Shown in pieces: positions 18,213 through 26,327 of a stretch of 64,000 nucleotides of DNA; position 1 is the first letter of the stretch, and each line of letters opens with the position of its first letter. A model generated the notes under the pieces. That model was not told the DNA's origin. It saw only the letters and a program-made list of their open reading frames with translations, and did no database searches. A program made the position numbers and the translations under genes. Origin of the DNA: Thermoplasmata archaeon (GTDB taxonomy: Archaea > Thermoplasmatota > Thermoplasmata > Lutacidiplasmatales > UBA184); NCBI GenBank assembly GCA_021816955.1, contig JAKAWP010000001.1:10290-74289 (forward strand), in the 5' to 3' direction.

Positions 18213-18762
18213 AGGCCCGGTCTACCTGCGCGCGATCCGCCACATCGGCGATCACGTCACGCGCGCGCTCGAGCGCGTCGATCCGCAAGCGGTCCGCCGT
18301 GCGGTCGCGCTCCTGAACGGCGCCCCGTCGATCTTCGTCTACGGGGCCGGACGCAGCGGGATCATCGCCCGGGCCTTCGCGATGCGGCTCGTTCAGCTCG
18401 GTCTGCGGGCGTACGTCATCGGCGAGACGGTCACGCCGATCGTCCGCCGCGGGGATGCGGTCTTCATCGTCTCGAACCAGGGCGAGAGCTACTCGAGCCT
18501 GCAGACGGCGAACATCGTTCGCCGGGAAGGTGCGGAGCTGATCGTCCTGACCGCCGCGCCGTCGAGCAAGCTCGCCCACGCCGCCTCGGTGCTCCTGGCC
18601 CTCGACCTCCAAGACGGTCGAATCCACCGTGCGTACGCCCCGCTCGGCACCGTCTTCGAGGCGGCCACGCTCCGCCTGACCGACGGGCTGGTCGCGGAGC
18701 TCCTCCAGGCGCGCGGCGAGAGCGAGGAGTCGATGCGTCGACGCCACGCGATCATGGTCTAG
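18193..18762 (+). CDS. SIS-domain 6-phospho-3-hexuloisomerase-like protein
   Basis: SIFVYGAGRSGIIARAFAMRLVQLG...VFIVSNQGES SIS motifs; GGAGAG SD before ATG 18193. Confidence 0.6.
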   Translation: MARNVDKGPVYLRAIRHIGDHVTRALERVDPQAVRRAVALLNGAPSIFVYGAGRSGIIARAFAMRLVQLGLRAYVIGETVTPIVRRGDAVFIVSNQGESYSSLQTANIVRREGAELIVLTAAPSSKLAHAASVLLALDLQDGRIHRAYAPLGTVFEAATLRLTDGLVAELLQARGESEESMRRRHAIMV

Positions 18763-18777
18763 GCGGCGTCCGGACGG

Positions 18778-18790
18778 CATATCTTTAATC
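18778..18790 (+). promoter_or_regulatory. TATA-like box upstream of pdaD
   Basis: CATATCTTTAATC about 25 bp upstream of GTG 18812 in a ~70% GC background. Confidence 0.4.
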
Positions 18791-18811
18791 CGCGACCGAA
18801 CTCCCCAGCCC

Positions 18812-19312
18812 GTGCCGCGTCGCCACTCGCCGGAGGCCGAGACGCTCGTCCGGGTACCGAGCCGCTTTTTCGTCACGAGCGGCAAGGGGATCAACAAGAC
18901 GAGCGAGCTGAACGCCTTCGACCTCGCGCTCCTGCAGGCCGGTATCGGCGAGCAGAACCTGGTGAGCGTCTCGTCCGTCCTTCCGATCGGCATCCGGCAG
19001 GTCGACCGCGTGCCGATCGCGCGGGGCGCGATCACGCACTGCGTCCTCGCCCGCCACGGGGGCGGCGAGGGCGAGGTGATCAGCGCCGGGATCGCCTACG
19101 GCTTTCGCACGGACGGCCAAGGCGGCTACGTCGCGGAAGGTCACCTCCACGGGACCCAGAAGTCGCTCAAGGAGTTCCTCAAGTGGCGGATGGAGGAGAT
19201 CGCCCACTTCCGCGGCGTCGAGCTCCGACGGATCCAGTACCGGACGGAGGAGCTGTCGATCCCGATGGACCATTACGGGGTCTGCATCGCCGCGGTCGTC
19301 TTCCTCCCGTGA
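18812..19312 (+). CDS. pdaD: Pyruvoyl-dependent arginine decarboxylase
   Basis: FFVTSGKG...SELNAFDLALLQAGI...NLVSVSSVLP signature, 166 aa. Confidence 0.8.
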   Translation: MPRRHSPEAETLVRVPSRFFVTSGKGINKTSELNAFDLALLQAGIGEQNLVSVSSVLPIGIRQVDRVPIARGAITHCVLARHGGGEGEVISAGIAYGFRTDGQGGYVAEGHLHGTQKSLKEFLKWRMEEIAHFRGVELRRIQYRTEELSIPMDHYGVCIAAVVFLP

Positions 19313-19360
19313 CGATCGCCGTTCGGAACGTTTAGATACGTTGTGCTCCCTATGGGGTCC

Positions 19361-19579
19361 GGAACCATGGCCACCTCGCTGGTCGACCGGATCTGGACCG
19401 CGGACGAAGTGCGCGAGGTCATCCAGGCGCTCAAGGACACTGACGGGACTGTCGATCTCACCTTCGACAACCTCTCCTGGAAGCTGCCGATGCTCGGCGA
19501 GTCGGTGGTCGTCAACGGATCCGTGCGCCTGCGGATGCGCCTCGAGACCCCGTCCGCATCGAAAGGCCGCCGGTCGTAG
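19361..19579 (+). CDS. Small hypothetical protein
   Basis: ATG 19361 about 25 bp downstream of GTTTAGATA AT-rich box; GC3 coding bias. Confidence 0.3.
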   Translation, partial: GTMATSLVDRIWTADEVREVIQALKDTDGTVDLTFDNLSWKLPMLGESVVVNGSVRLRMRLETPSASKGRRS

Positions 19580-19608
19580 ATCGACGGGGGCCACCAAGCG
19601 GCCGCTCG

Positions 19609-19944
19609 CTACAAGAGGCGGCGCAACAGCAGCTTGTCTTCGAGCGAGCCGTCGAGCCGCAGGCGGCCCGTGACGATCGCCTTCATCGGTCCGAGCTCCT
19701 TGCGGACGAGTTGCTCGAACGTCGCCTGATCGGTGGTGATTCGGAGGTCGGCCCGATCGGCGGCGCTCGTGCGCAGGTTTTCTAGGCGCGACCGGGCGAG
19801 ATCGACCGCGTACGTCGGCCCGTCCGTGAACCGGATCTCGATCGTCCGTTCGATGCGGGCGAGCTCTTCGGCGATCCCCGGGTGGCGGGCCACGTGACGG
19901 TTGAACCGGTCGACCAGCCCGACCAGAGTCGCTTCGACGTTCAT
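19609..19944 (-). CDS. SCP2 sterol-carrier-like domain protein
   Basis: 111 aa ending GPMKAIVTGRLRLDGSLEDKLLLRRLL; hidden in the track ORF 19609..20703. Confidence 0.55.
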   Translation of the reverse strand: MNVEATLVGLVDRFNRHVARHPGIAEELARIERTIEIRFTDGPTYAVDLARSRLENLRTSAADRADLRITTDQATFEQLVRKELGPMKAIVTGRLRLDGSLEDKLLLRRLL

Positions 19945-20609
19945 CCGAACGGCTCGTCGAGCGTCCGACGGCCGAGCGCCGCCATAACCCTTTCCTTGGT
20001 CGACCACGACGCGCGCGCCCAGTCCGGCCAGCGTCGGGTCGTCCGGAAAACATCGGTGACCGCGCGCACCGATCGGGGGTCGGACGGGTAGCCGCTCCCC
20101 AGGTCGAGGCCGAGCGCTCGGGCGAGCTCGGCGAGCCACCGGTCCCGCTCGACCTTCGCCACGATCGAGGCGGCGCCGACGACCGGGTCGGTGCGGTCGG
20201 CCCGATGCCGGGCGACCACCCGCGTTTCGGGACCGAGCCGTTCGGCCAGCGCCTGTTCGAATCGCCGCGCGTTCGCGTCGCACGCGTCGGCGACGACCAT
20301 GGAGGCCGACCAATCGCCCGCGAGGCGGGCGAAGGCATCGAGCTCGAGCCGGTTCAGTCCGTGGCGGACGACCGCCCGGTCGATCTCGGTCGGCGGCAGC
20401 GGACACAGCCGCACCTCCCCGAGCGTTCGGAGCCGCTGAGCGAGTTCGCGCCGTCGAGCGGGGGAGAGCAGTTTGGAGTCCCGGACGCCGATCGCGCGCA
20501 GTTGCGCGCGATCGGGCGCGCGGATGCGGAATGCCCCGACCACGAGCGGCCCGAGGAACGATCCCCGCCCGGCTTCGTCGAGTCCCACGACGTACTCCTC
20601 GCGCGCCAC
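19941..20609 (-). CDS. rnhB: Ribonuclease HII
   Basis: VGLDEAGRGSFLGPLVVGAF catalytic N-terminus; stop overlaps SCP2 start. Confidence 0.8.
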   Translation of the reverse strand: MAREEYVVGLDEAGRGSFLGPLVVGAFRIRAPDRAQLRAIGVRDSKLLSPARRRELAQRLRTLGEVRLCPLPPTEIDRAVVRHGLNRLELDAFARLAGDWSASMVVADACDANARRFEQALAERLGPETRVVARHRADRTDPVVGAASIVAKVERDRWLAELARALGLDLGSGYPSDPRSVRAVTDVFRTTRRWPDWARASWSTKERVMAALGRRTLDEPFG

Positions 20610-20668
20610 GGAGCCGACCGGTCGAGAACCCCCGTGAACGATTAAGGCACGCGTCCCCTGACCGCCGC

Positions 20669-21574
20669 GTGGGGCTCGAAGGATTGGCCGTGCCGACGGC
20701 CACGGTGTTCGCGCCGGACGGGGCGCTGGACGACGACGGGAACCGTCGGTTCCTTTCGAGCCTGAGCGCCGCCGGCGTCGACCATCTATTCGTCCTCGGC
20801 TCGCTCGGGGAGTTTCCGCTGCTCGACGAGAGCGAGCGCGCGCGGCTCGTCCGCGTCGCGGTCGACGCCGCGCGGGGTCCTACGGACGTCTGGGTCGGGG
20901 TGGGAGCGCCGTCGACGCGCCAAGCGATCCGGTATGCGCGCGACGCGGCCTCCGCCGGAGCGAGCGCCCTCGTCGCCGTCCCGCCGTACTACCTTCACCC
21001 GACAGCGCCCGCGATCGCGCGCTACTACCGGTCGATCGCGGCCGAGGTCGACCTGCCGCTGCTCGCCTACAACATTCCGTCGCTCGTCGGCTACGCCCTG
21101 TCCCCCGCGCTCGTCCACGCGCTCGGAGCGGAGGGAACGTTGCGCGGAACGAAAGACACGTCCGGCAGCCTCGCGAGCGTTCGGGCGTTCCTGACCGGCC
21201 GGCCGGACGGCTTCCACGTCCTACCGGGCGACGACGCGCTTGCCCTCGAGAGCATGGCGATCGGAGCGAGCGGGGCGATCATGGGGATGGGCAACCTCGT
21301 CCCCCGGCTGTGCGCGGCGCTCGTTCGGACGATCCGCTCGGGCTCGCTCGATTCCGCGCGCCCGCTCCAGCAGCTGATCGACCGGCTCGTGGACGTGAGC
21401 CGCGCCGGACCGTTTCCCGCGACGGACAAGTACCTCGCGAACAAGCTGTGGGGCGCCCCCGCCGGCTACCGCTCCCCGTACGACCCCCTGACCGCGGACG
21501 AGGCGGCCGAGGTCGATCGTCGGCTCGCCCCGCTCCGCCCCGATCTCGCCCCGTACCTCGGAGCGCGGCCGTGA
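20669..21574 (+). CDS. DapA-family class I aldolase (likely KDG/KDPG aldolase)
   Basis: DHDPS/NAL family fold with catalytic Lys region LRGTKDTSG; sits beside a glucose dehydrogenase. Confidence 0.6.
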   Translation: MGLEGLAVPTATVFAPDGALDDDGNRRFLSSLSAAGVDHLFVLGSLGEFPLLDESERARLVRVAVDAARGPTDVWVGVGAPSTRQAIRYARDAASAGASALVAVPPYYLHPTAPAIARYYRSIAAEVDLPLLAYNIPSLVGYALSPALVHALGAEGTLRGTKDTSGSLASVRAFLTGRPDGFHVLPGDDALALESMAIGASGAIMGMGNLVPRLCAALVRTIRSGSLDSARPLQQLIDRLVDVSRAGPFPATDKYLANKLWGAPAGYRSPYDPLTADEAAEVDRRLAPLRPDLAPYLGARP

Positions 21575-22716
21575 AGGCGCTCGTGGTCGAGCCGCCCCGC
21601 CCGGGGGTGGCGCTCCGGGACGTTCCTCGGCCGGGGCTCGCGGCCGGCGCGGTTCGCGTCCGGGTGCTCGAGGTCGGGATCTGCGGCACCGACCACGACA
21701 TCGTGGAGGGGGCGTACGGAACGCCACCGGACGGTCGGTCCGACCTCATCCTGGGCCACGAGAACCTCGGCGTCGTCACCGAGATCGCTTCCGAGGGCGT
21801 CGGGTTCGCCCCGGGTGACCTCGTGGTGGCGACCGTGCGACGCGGGTGCGGTGAGTGCCGGTTCTGCCGGACCGGCCAGTCGGACTTCTGCGAGACGGGT
21901 CGCTACCGGGAGCGTGGGATCCGAGGGCTCGACGGCTACCTCGCCGAGGAGTACGTCGAGCGGCCCGACTATCTCGTCCACGTGCCGGCGTCGTTGCGCG
22001 ACGTCGCCGTCCTCCTCGAGCCGATGAGCGTGGTCGAAAAGGCGATCGCCCAAGGCGAGAAGGTCCTCGAGCGCAAGGAACCGACGCCCGGGATCCCGGC
22101 CGACCGGCCGCGGCGGGCGCTGGTCGCCGGGACCGGAGCGATCGGCATCCTCGCGGCGGTCGTGTTGCGGTTGAAAGGCTACGACGTCGTCGCGATCGAC
22201 CGCCACGGCGAGACGACGCCGGCCGCGACGATCCTGCGCGCCTTCGGCGCCCGGCACGTCGACGCCGCGGCCGGGCTCGGCGGCGTCGGCCAGCGGGCGT
22301 TCGACCTCGTGGTCGAGGCGACCGGTTCGTCGACCCTCGACGTCGCGCTGTTCGACTGCCTCGCCGTGAACGGGACGCTCGTGCTGACCGGGATTCCGGA
22401 CGCGGCGGCGCCGCCGGCGCCCGTCGCGACGGGCCGGCTGTTCCGGGAGCTCGTCCTCGCGAACCAGGCGGTTGTCGGATCGGTCAACGCGAACCGCACG
22501 TACTTCGAGCAGGGCGTTGCCGACTTCGCGAGCGCCGAGCGACGCTGGCCGGGGACGCTCGGCCGGCTGATCACTTCCCGCCGTCCGATCGACCAGTTCG
22601 CGGACGTCCTCGCGCAGCGGACCGGCGGGGCGATCAAGCACGTCCTTCAGGTCGCGGACGCGGCGGCCGGGACCGCCGGCCCGGGCTCGTCCGTCCCCCG
22701 TTTCGACAAACCCTAA
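21571..22716 (+). CDS. Zinc-dependent glucose 1-dehydrogenase (MDR family, archaeal type)
   Basis: GICGTDHDIVEG...GHENLGVV zinc-ADH motifs and structural-Zn cysteines CGECRFCRTGQSDFC. Confidence 0.65.
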   Translation: MKALVVEPPRPGVALRDVPRPGLAAGAVRVRVLEVGICGTDHDIVEGAYGTPPDGRSDLILGHENLGVVTEIASEGVGFAPGDLVVATVRRGCGECRFCRTGQSDFCETGRYRERGIRGLDGYLAEEYVERPDYLVHVPASLRDVAVLLEPMSVVEKAIAQGEKVLERKEPTPGIPADRPRRALVAGTGAIGILAAVVLRLKGYDVVAIDRHGETTPAATILRAFGARHVDAAAGLGGVGQRAFDLVVEATGSSTLDVALFDCLAVNGTLVLTGIPDAAAPPAPVATGRLFRELVLANQAVVGSVNANRTYFEQGVADFASAERRWPGTLGRLITSRRPIDQFADVLAQRTGGAIKHVLQVADAAAGTAGPGSSVPRFDKP

Positions 22717-22719
22717 ATA
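22713..22719 (+). promoter_or_regulatory. TATA-like box upstream of the S8e-SRP19-GPN operon
   Basis: CTAAATA 38 bp upstream of ATG 22757. Confidence 0.35.
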
Positions 22720-22756
22720 CGGCGCTCCGCTCGCATCGCCCCTTCGGAGACGGACG

Positions 22757-23164
22757 ATGGGAGTCTGGCAGGGTCGACCGCGACGCAAGCGGACGGGGGC
22801 GCGCCTTCGCCCGCTGCGCAAGAAGCGCCGGTTCGAGATCGCCCGCGAGGCGCAGTTCGCGACCGTCGGTCCGGGCACGATCAAGACCTACCGGGTCCGG
22901 GGGGCGAACCAGAAGCTCCGGATCCTCACCGCCTCCACGATCAACGTCTACGACCCCGCCACGAAGTCGACGCGCCGGGCGAAGGTCGTGACCGTCCGGG
23001 CGAATCCCGCGAACCCGAACTACGTGCAGCGGAACATCATCACCCGCGGGGCGGTCGTCGAGACCGAGATCGGACTCGTGCGGGTGACGAGCCGTCCGGG
23101 GCAGCACGGGCTGTTGAACGGGGTCCGCGTCGAATCGCCCGGCCCGTCGTCGCCCTCGGCGTGA
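22757..23164 (+). CDS. rps8e: Ribosomal protein S8e
   Basis: N-terminal QGRPRRKRTGARLRP basic block typical of S8e. Confidence 0.8.
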   Translation: MGVWQGRPRRKRTGARLRPLRKKRRFEIAREAQFATVGPGTIKTYRVRGANQKLRILTASTINVYDPATKSTRRAKVVTVRANPANPNYVQRNIITRGAVVETEIGLVRVTSRPGQHGLLNGVRVESPGPSSPSA

Positions 23165-23179
23165 GCCCGGCGCGCGCCG

Positions 23180-23479
23180 ATGCCGGACCACTTCTACATC
23201 TACCCGGCCTACCTCTCGGGCGCGTTGCCGCGCCGCCTCGGACGCCGCGTTCCGGCGGCCGTCGCCGTGCCGGACGTGACCCTTGAGGAGATCGTGCAGG
23301 CGGCCCGCCGCCTCGGCTTGTCGGCGACCGCCGAGGAGGGAAAGCAGTACAGCCGACGCGCGCATGCCTATGAGGGCCGGGTGAAGGTCGCGAAGCGCGC
23401 GGGGACGTCGAAGACGGCGGCGTTGCGTTCGATCGCCCAGGAGATCCGCCGGCACCGACCCGCCAGCGGGAAGCGCTAA
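23180..23479 (+). CDS. srp19: Signal recognition particle protein SRP19
   Basis: IYPAYLSGALPRRLGRRVP SRP19 N-terminus, 99 aa. Confidence 0.8.
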   Translation: MPDHFYIYPAYLSGALPRRLGRRVPAAVAVPDVTLEEIVQAARRLGLSATAEEGKQYSRRAHAYEGRVKVAKRAGTSKTAALRSIAQEIRRHRPASGKR

Positions 23480-23481
23480 CG

Positions 23482-24273
23482 ATGGACGAGCCCGGCTGGA
23501 TCTACGTCACGGGCACCGCGGGCGCCGGCAAGACGACGTTCGTCCGGGAGTTCGCGGGCTGGCTCAAGTCGGCCGGCTACGAGACGACCGTCGTGAACCT
23601 CGACCCGGGCAACGAGCAGTGGACCGAGCCGCCGGACGTCGACATCCGCGAGTGGGTCCGGCTCGCGGACATCATGGACGACTACGGCCTCGGCCCGAAC
23701 GGGGCGCAGGTCGCCGCCGCCGACATGATCGCCCTCAAGATCTTCGACATCAAGGCGGCGATCCAGGACCTTCGGTCGGACTACGTCCTCGTTGACACGC
23801 CGGGCCAGGTCGAGCTGTTCGCGTTCCGCGAGTCGTCCCGGGCGATCGTCGACGCGCTCGGCGGCGACCGGGCGTTGATCGCGTTCTTGTACGACCCGGC
23901 GCTCGCGCGCTCCCCGAGCGGGTTCGTCTCGCTGTTGATGCTCAGCGCGACCGTCGAATTCCGATTTCGGCTGCCGATGGTCCCTCTGTTGGCGAAGGCG
24001 GACGTCCTCACGCCCGAGCAGCGGGACGAGATCGCGGCGTGGTGCGAGATGCCGGACCGCCTCCACGAGCGGATCACCGACGAGGGCGCGACGCCCGATC
24101 TCTCCCTGTCGACCGAACTGTTGCGGGCGATCGAGACGCTCGGGCCGGTCCTCGATCTGGTCGCCGTGAGCGCCAAGGACGGCACCGGGCTCGAGCGCTG
24201 CTACCGGGCGGTCCAGCGGGTTTTCGGCGGGAGCGAGGACGCGGAACCGGGCCAGAACCCGGCCGACCTCTGA
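23482..24273 (+). CDS. GPN-loop GTPase
   Basis: P-loop GTAGAGKTT and GLGPNGA GPN motif. Confidence 0.8.
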   Translation: MDEPGWIYVTGTAGAGKTTFVREFAGWLKSAGYETTVVNLDPGNEQWTEPPDVDIREWVRLADIMDDYGLGPNGAQVAAADMIALKIFDIKAAIQDLRSDYVLVDTPGQVELFAFRESSRAIVDALGGDRALIAFLYDPALARSPSGFVSLLMLSATVEFRFRLPMVPLLAKADVLTPEQRDEIAAWCEMPDRLHERITDEGATPDLSLSTELLRAIETLGPVLDLVAVSAKDGTGLERCYRAVQRVFGGSEDAEPGQNPADL

Positions 24274-24298
24274 GGCCGCGCGCGGCCGGCGCGGGTCG

Positions 24299-24601
24299 TC
24301 ACTCTTCGGTGAAGAACAGGCCCATCCCCGCCGACGCAGCGTCGTCCTCCGCGTGCAGGCGGTCGAGCAGTTCCCGGGCCGCCGACGCGTCCAAGCGGCT
24401 CCCGATTGGCGTCAACAGCTCGTCTGCGCGAGCGATCGCCGCCGGATCGCCCTCCACGAGGACGTAGAGCGCTCCCGCCGGTCCCCCGAGCGTTAAAGCG
24501 TCGCGGAGCTTTTGGCTCTGCCGGGAGACGAGGTCGTCGTGCAGCACCTGATCGAGTTCGGTCCGTCGGGCGGTCGGGACCGACCAGATCGTCCACGCCA
24601 T
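24299..24601 (-). CDS. Hypothetical 100-aa protein
   Basis: CTATATG box 24625-24631 lies about 25 bp upstream of its ATG (leaderless geometry); GC3 bias. Confidence 0.4.
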   Translation of the reverse strand: MAWTIWSVPTARRTELDQVLHDDLVSRQSQKLRDALTLGGPAGALYVLVEGDPAAIARADELLTPIGSRLDASAARELLDRLHAEDDAASAGMGLFFTEE

Positions 24602-24624
24602 CGGCTGTTCGCGACCCGGGCGGA

Positions 24625-24631
24625 CTATATG
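24625..24631. promoter_or_regulatory. TATA box in a divergent intergenic region
   Basis: GACTATATGGG; serves the minus hypothetical gene and possibly the + strand TraB gene. Confidence 0.45.
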
Positions 24632-24717
24632 GGATTGTCCGACCCCCGGAGGCGCGGGGGCCGCCCGATGCGGGGGTTCTCGACAGGGGGGCCGCGTCGG
24701 ATCGGGGGAGGCGGGAC

Positions 24718-25410
24718 GTGGAGCCGTCGGTGACGCTGGTCGGCACCGCCCACGTGGTCGACCTCTCCTCGGCGATCGCCCGGGTCTTCGGGCAGGTGGC
24801 GCCGGACGCGGTCGCCCTCGAACTCGACGCCGATCGGGCGCGAGTCCTCTTCGAGCCGACGCCCGAGGGGTCGCGGTCCCGCCGCCGCGGGGTTCCGCTC
24901 TCGTTTCGGCTGTTCGCTCGCCTCGAGCGACGGCTCGCCCGATCGATTGGCGGCGGCGTCGCGGGCGCGGAGATGAAGGCGGCCTGGAACGAGGCGCGCG
25001 CCCGTCGGCTGCCGGTCTATCTGATCGACGCCCCGATCGGGGAGACCGTCGGCCGCCTCCTCGGGGAGCTCTCCGTCGCGGAGCGCCTTCGGCTCCTCGC
25101 GATCGCCGCCGTCGGCCTCCTCGTTCCGCCCCGGGTCGTCCGGCGGGAGCTGGGTCGGTACGCCGACGATCCAGCGGAATACGAATCCGAGCTGCGCGTC
25201 CAGCAGCCGGCCCTCGCCCGGATCTTGATCGACGAACGGAACGAGCGGATGGCGGCCCATTTGGCCCGGCTCGTCGAGAGCGGAGCTCGTCGGCTCGTCG
25301 CGGTCGTCGGGGACGCCCACGTCCCTGGCTTGGCCGAAGCGCTCGCCGCTCGGGGGATTTCCGTGCGCCCGATCCGGCTCGCCGAGCTCGCGACGTTCAG
25401 AGCGTCGTGA
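24718..25410 (+). CDS. TraB/GumN-family protein
   Basis: VTLVGTAHVVDLS...APDAVALELD N-terminus and C-terminal RLVAVVGDAHVPGL. Confidence 0.6.
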   Translation: MEPSVTLVGTAHVVDLSSAIARVFGQVAPDAVALELDADRARVLFEPTPEGSRSRRRGVPLSFRLFARLERRLARSIGGGVAGAEMKAAWNEARARRLPVYLIDAPIGETVGRLLGELSVAERLRLLAIAAVGLLVPPRVVRRELGRYADDPAEYESELRVQQPALARILIDERNERMAAHLARLVESGARRLVAVVGDAHVPGLAEALAARGISVRPIRLAELATFRAS

Positions 25411-26173
25411 GACGCGACGACTCGGCCCGCTCGACGGCGGCCAGGAACGCGTCCGCGTATCGGCGGAGCGCCTCGCTCGTGTACGTCTCGAGCGAGCCGG
25501 CGTCGCCGAGTCGGCTCAGCTGCGGGTCGACCGGGAGCTGGGCGAGGACCGGGATCCCGTACTCGCGGGCGACCGCGTCGACGTGGCTCTCCCCGAAGAG
25601 ACGGATCGCTTCGTGGCAGTGCGGACAGCGGATCTCCCCCATGTTCTCGACGATCCCGAGCAGCGGGACGTGGAGGTCCCGGGCCATGTTCATCGCCTTC
25701 TTCACGATGAGCGCGGCGAGCTCCTGGGGCGTGAAGACGAAGACCATTCCGTCGAGCGGGATCGTCTGGAACACCGTGAGCGGAACGTCGCTCGTACCGG
25801 GCGGCATGTCGATCAGCAGGTAGTCGAGCGGCCCCCAGTTCACCCCTCCGAAGAACTGCAGGATGAGCCGGGTGACGAGCGGACCGCGCCAGATCACGGG
25901 GGTCTGCTCGTTTTCGACCAGGAATTGCGAGCTGACGACCGGGATCCCCGAACGGCTGACGGCCGGTTCGATCCCTTCCCCCCGGTCGACGAGCGGCCCC
26001 GTGAGACCGAGGAGCTTCGGGATCGACGGGCCGGTCACGTCCGCATCGAGCACCCCGACCGCCAGGCCGCGTCGGCGTAGCTCGGCCGCGAGCAGCGCCG
26101 TCGCCGACGACTTGCCGACGCCCCCCTTCCCGCTGCCGACGGCCACGACGTGGCGCAGCGTTCCCTTCTCCAT
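25397..26173 (-). CDS. Mrp/NBP35-type Fe-S cluster carrier ATPase (alternative start 26269)
   Basis: Deviant Walker A VGSGKGGVGKSS and CPHC pair. Confidence 0.8.
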   Translation of the reverse strand: MEKGTLRHVVAVGSGKGGVGKSSATALLAAELRRRGLAVGVLDADVTGPSIPKLLGLTGPLVDRGEGIEPAVSRSGIPVVSSQFLVENEQTPVIWRGPLVTRLILQFFGGVNWGPLDYLLIDMPPGTSDVPLTVFQTIPLDGMVFVFTPQELAALIVKKAMNMARDLHVPLLGIVENMGEIRCPHCHEAIRLFGESHVDAVAREYGIPVLAQLPVDPQLSRLGDAGSLETYTSEALRRYADAFLAAVERAESSRLTTL

Positions 26174-26291
26174 CCGCTGGGTGACGCTGGTCCCGGGCCG
26201 CCGAGGGCCGGGCGGCGCCGACGGGGCGGGCGGGCGGGTCGATCCGGTCGGGGCGGGTCCGTTCGCCATGCCCCAGGGGGCCGCCGGTCGC

Positions 26292-26298
26292 CTATATC
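26292..26298 (+). promoter_or_regulatory. TATA box for ADP-forming acetyl-CoA synthetase
   Basis: CCTATATCGT 30 bp upstream of ATG 26328 (leaderless). Confidence 0.5.
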
Positions 26299-26327
26299 GT
26301 GTTCGGCGTATCGCCCGCCCCACGGCC

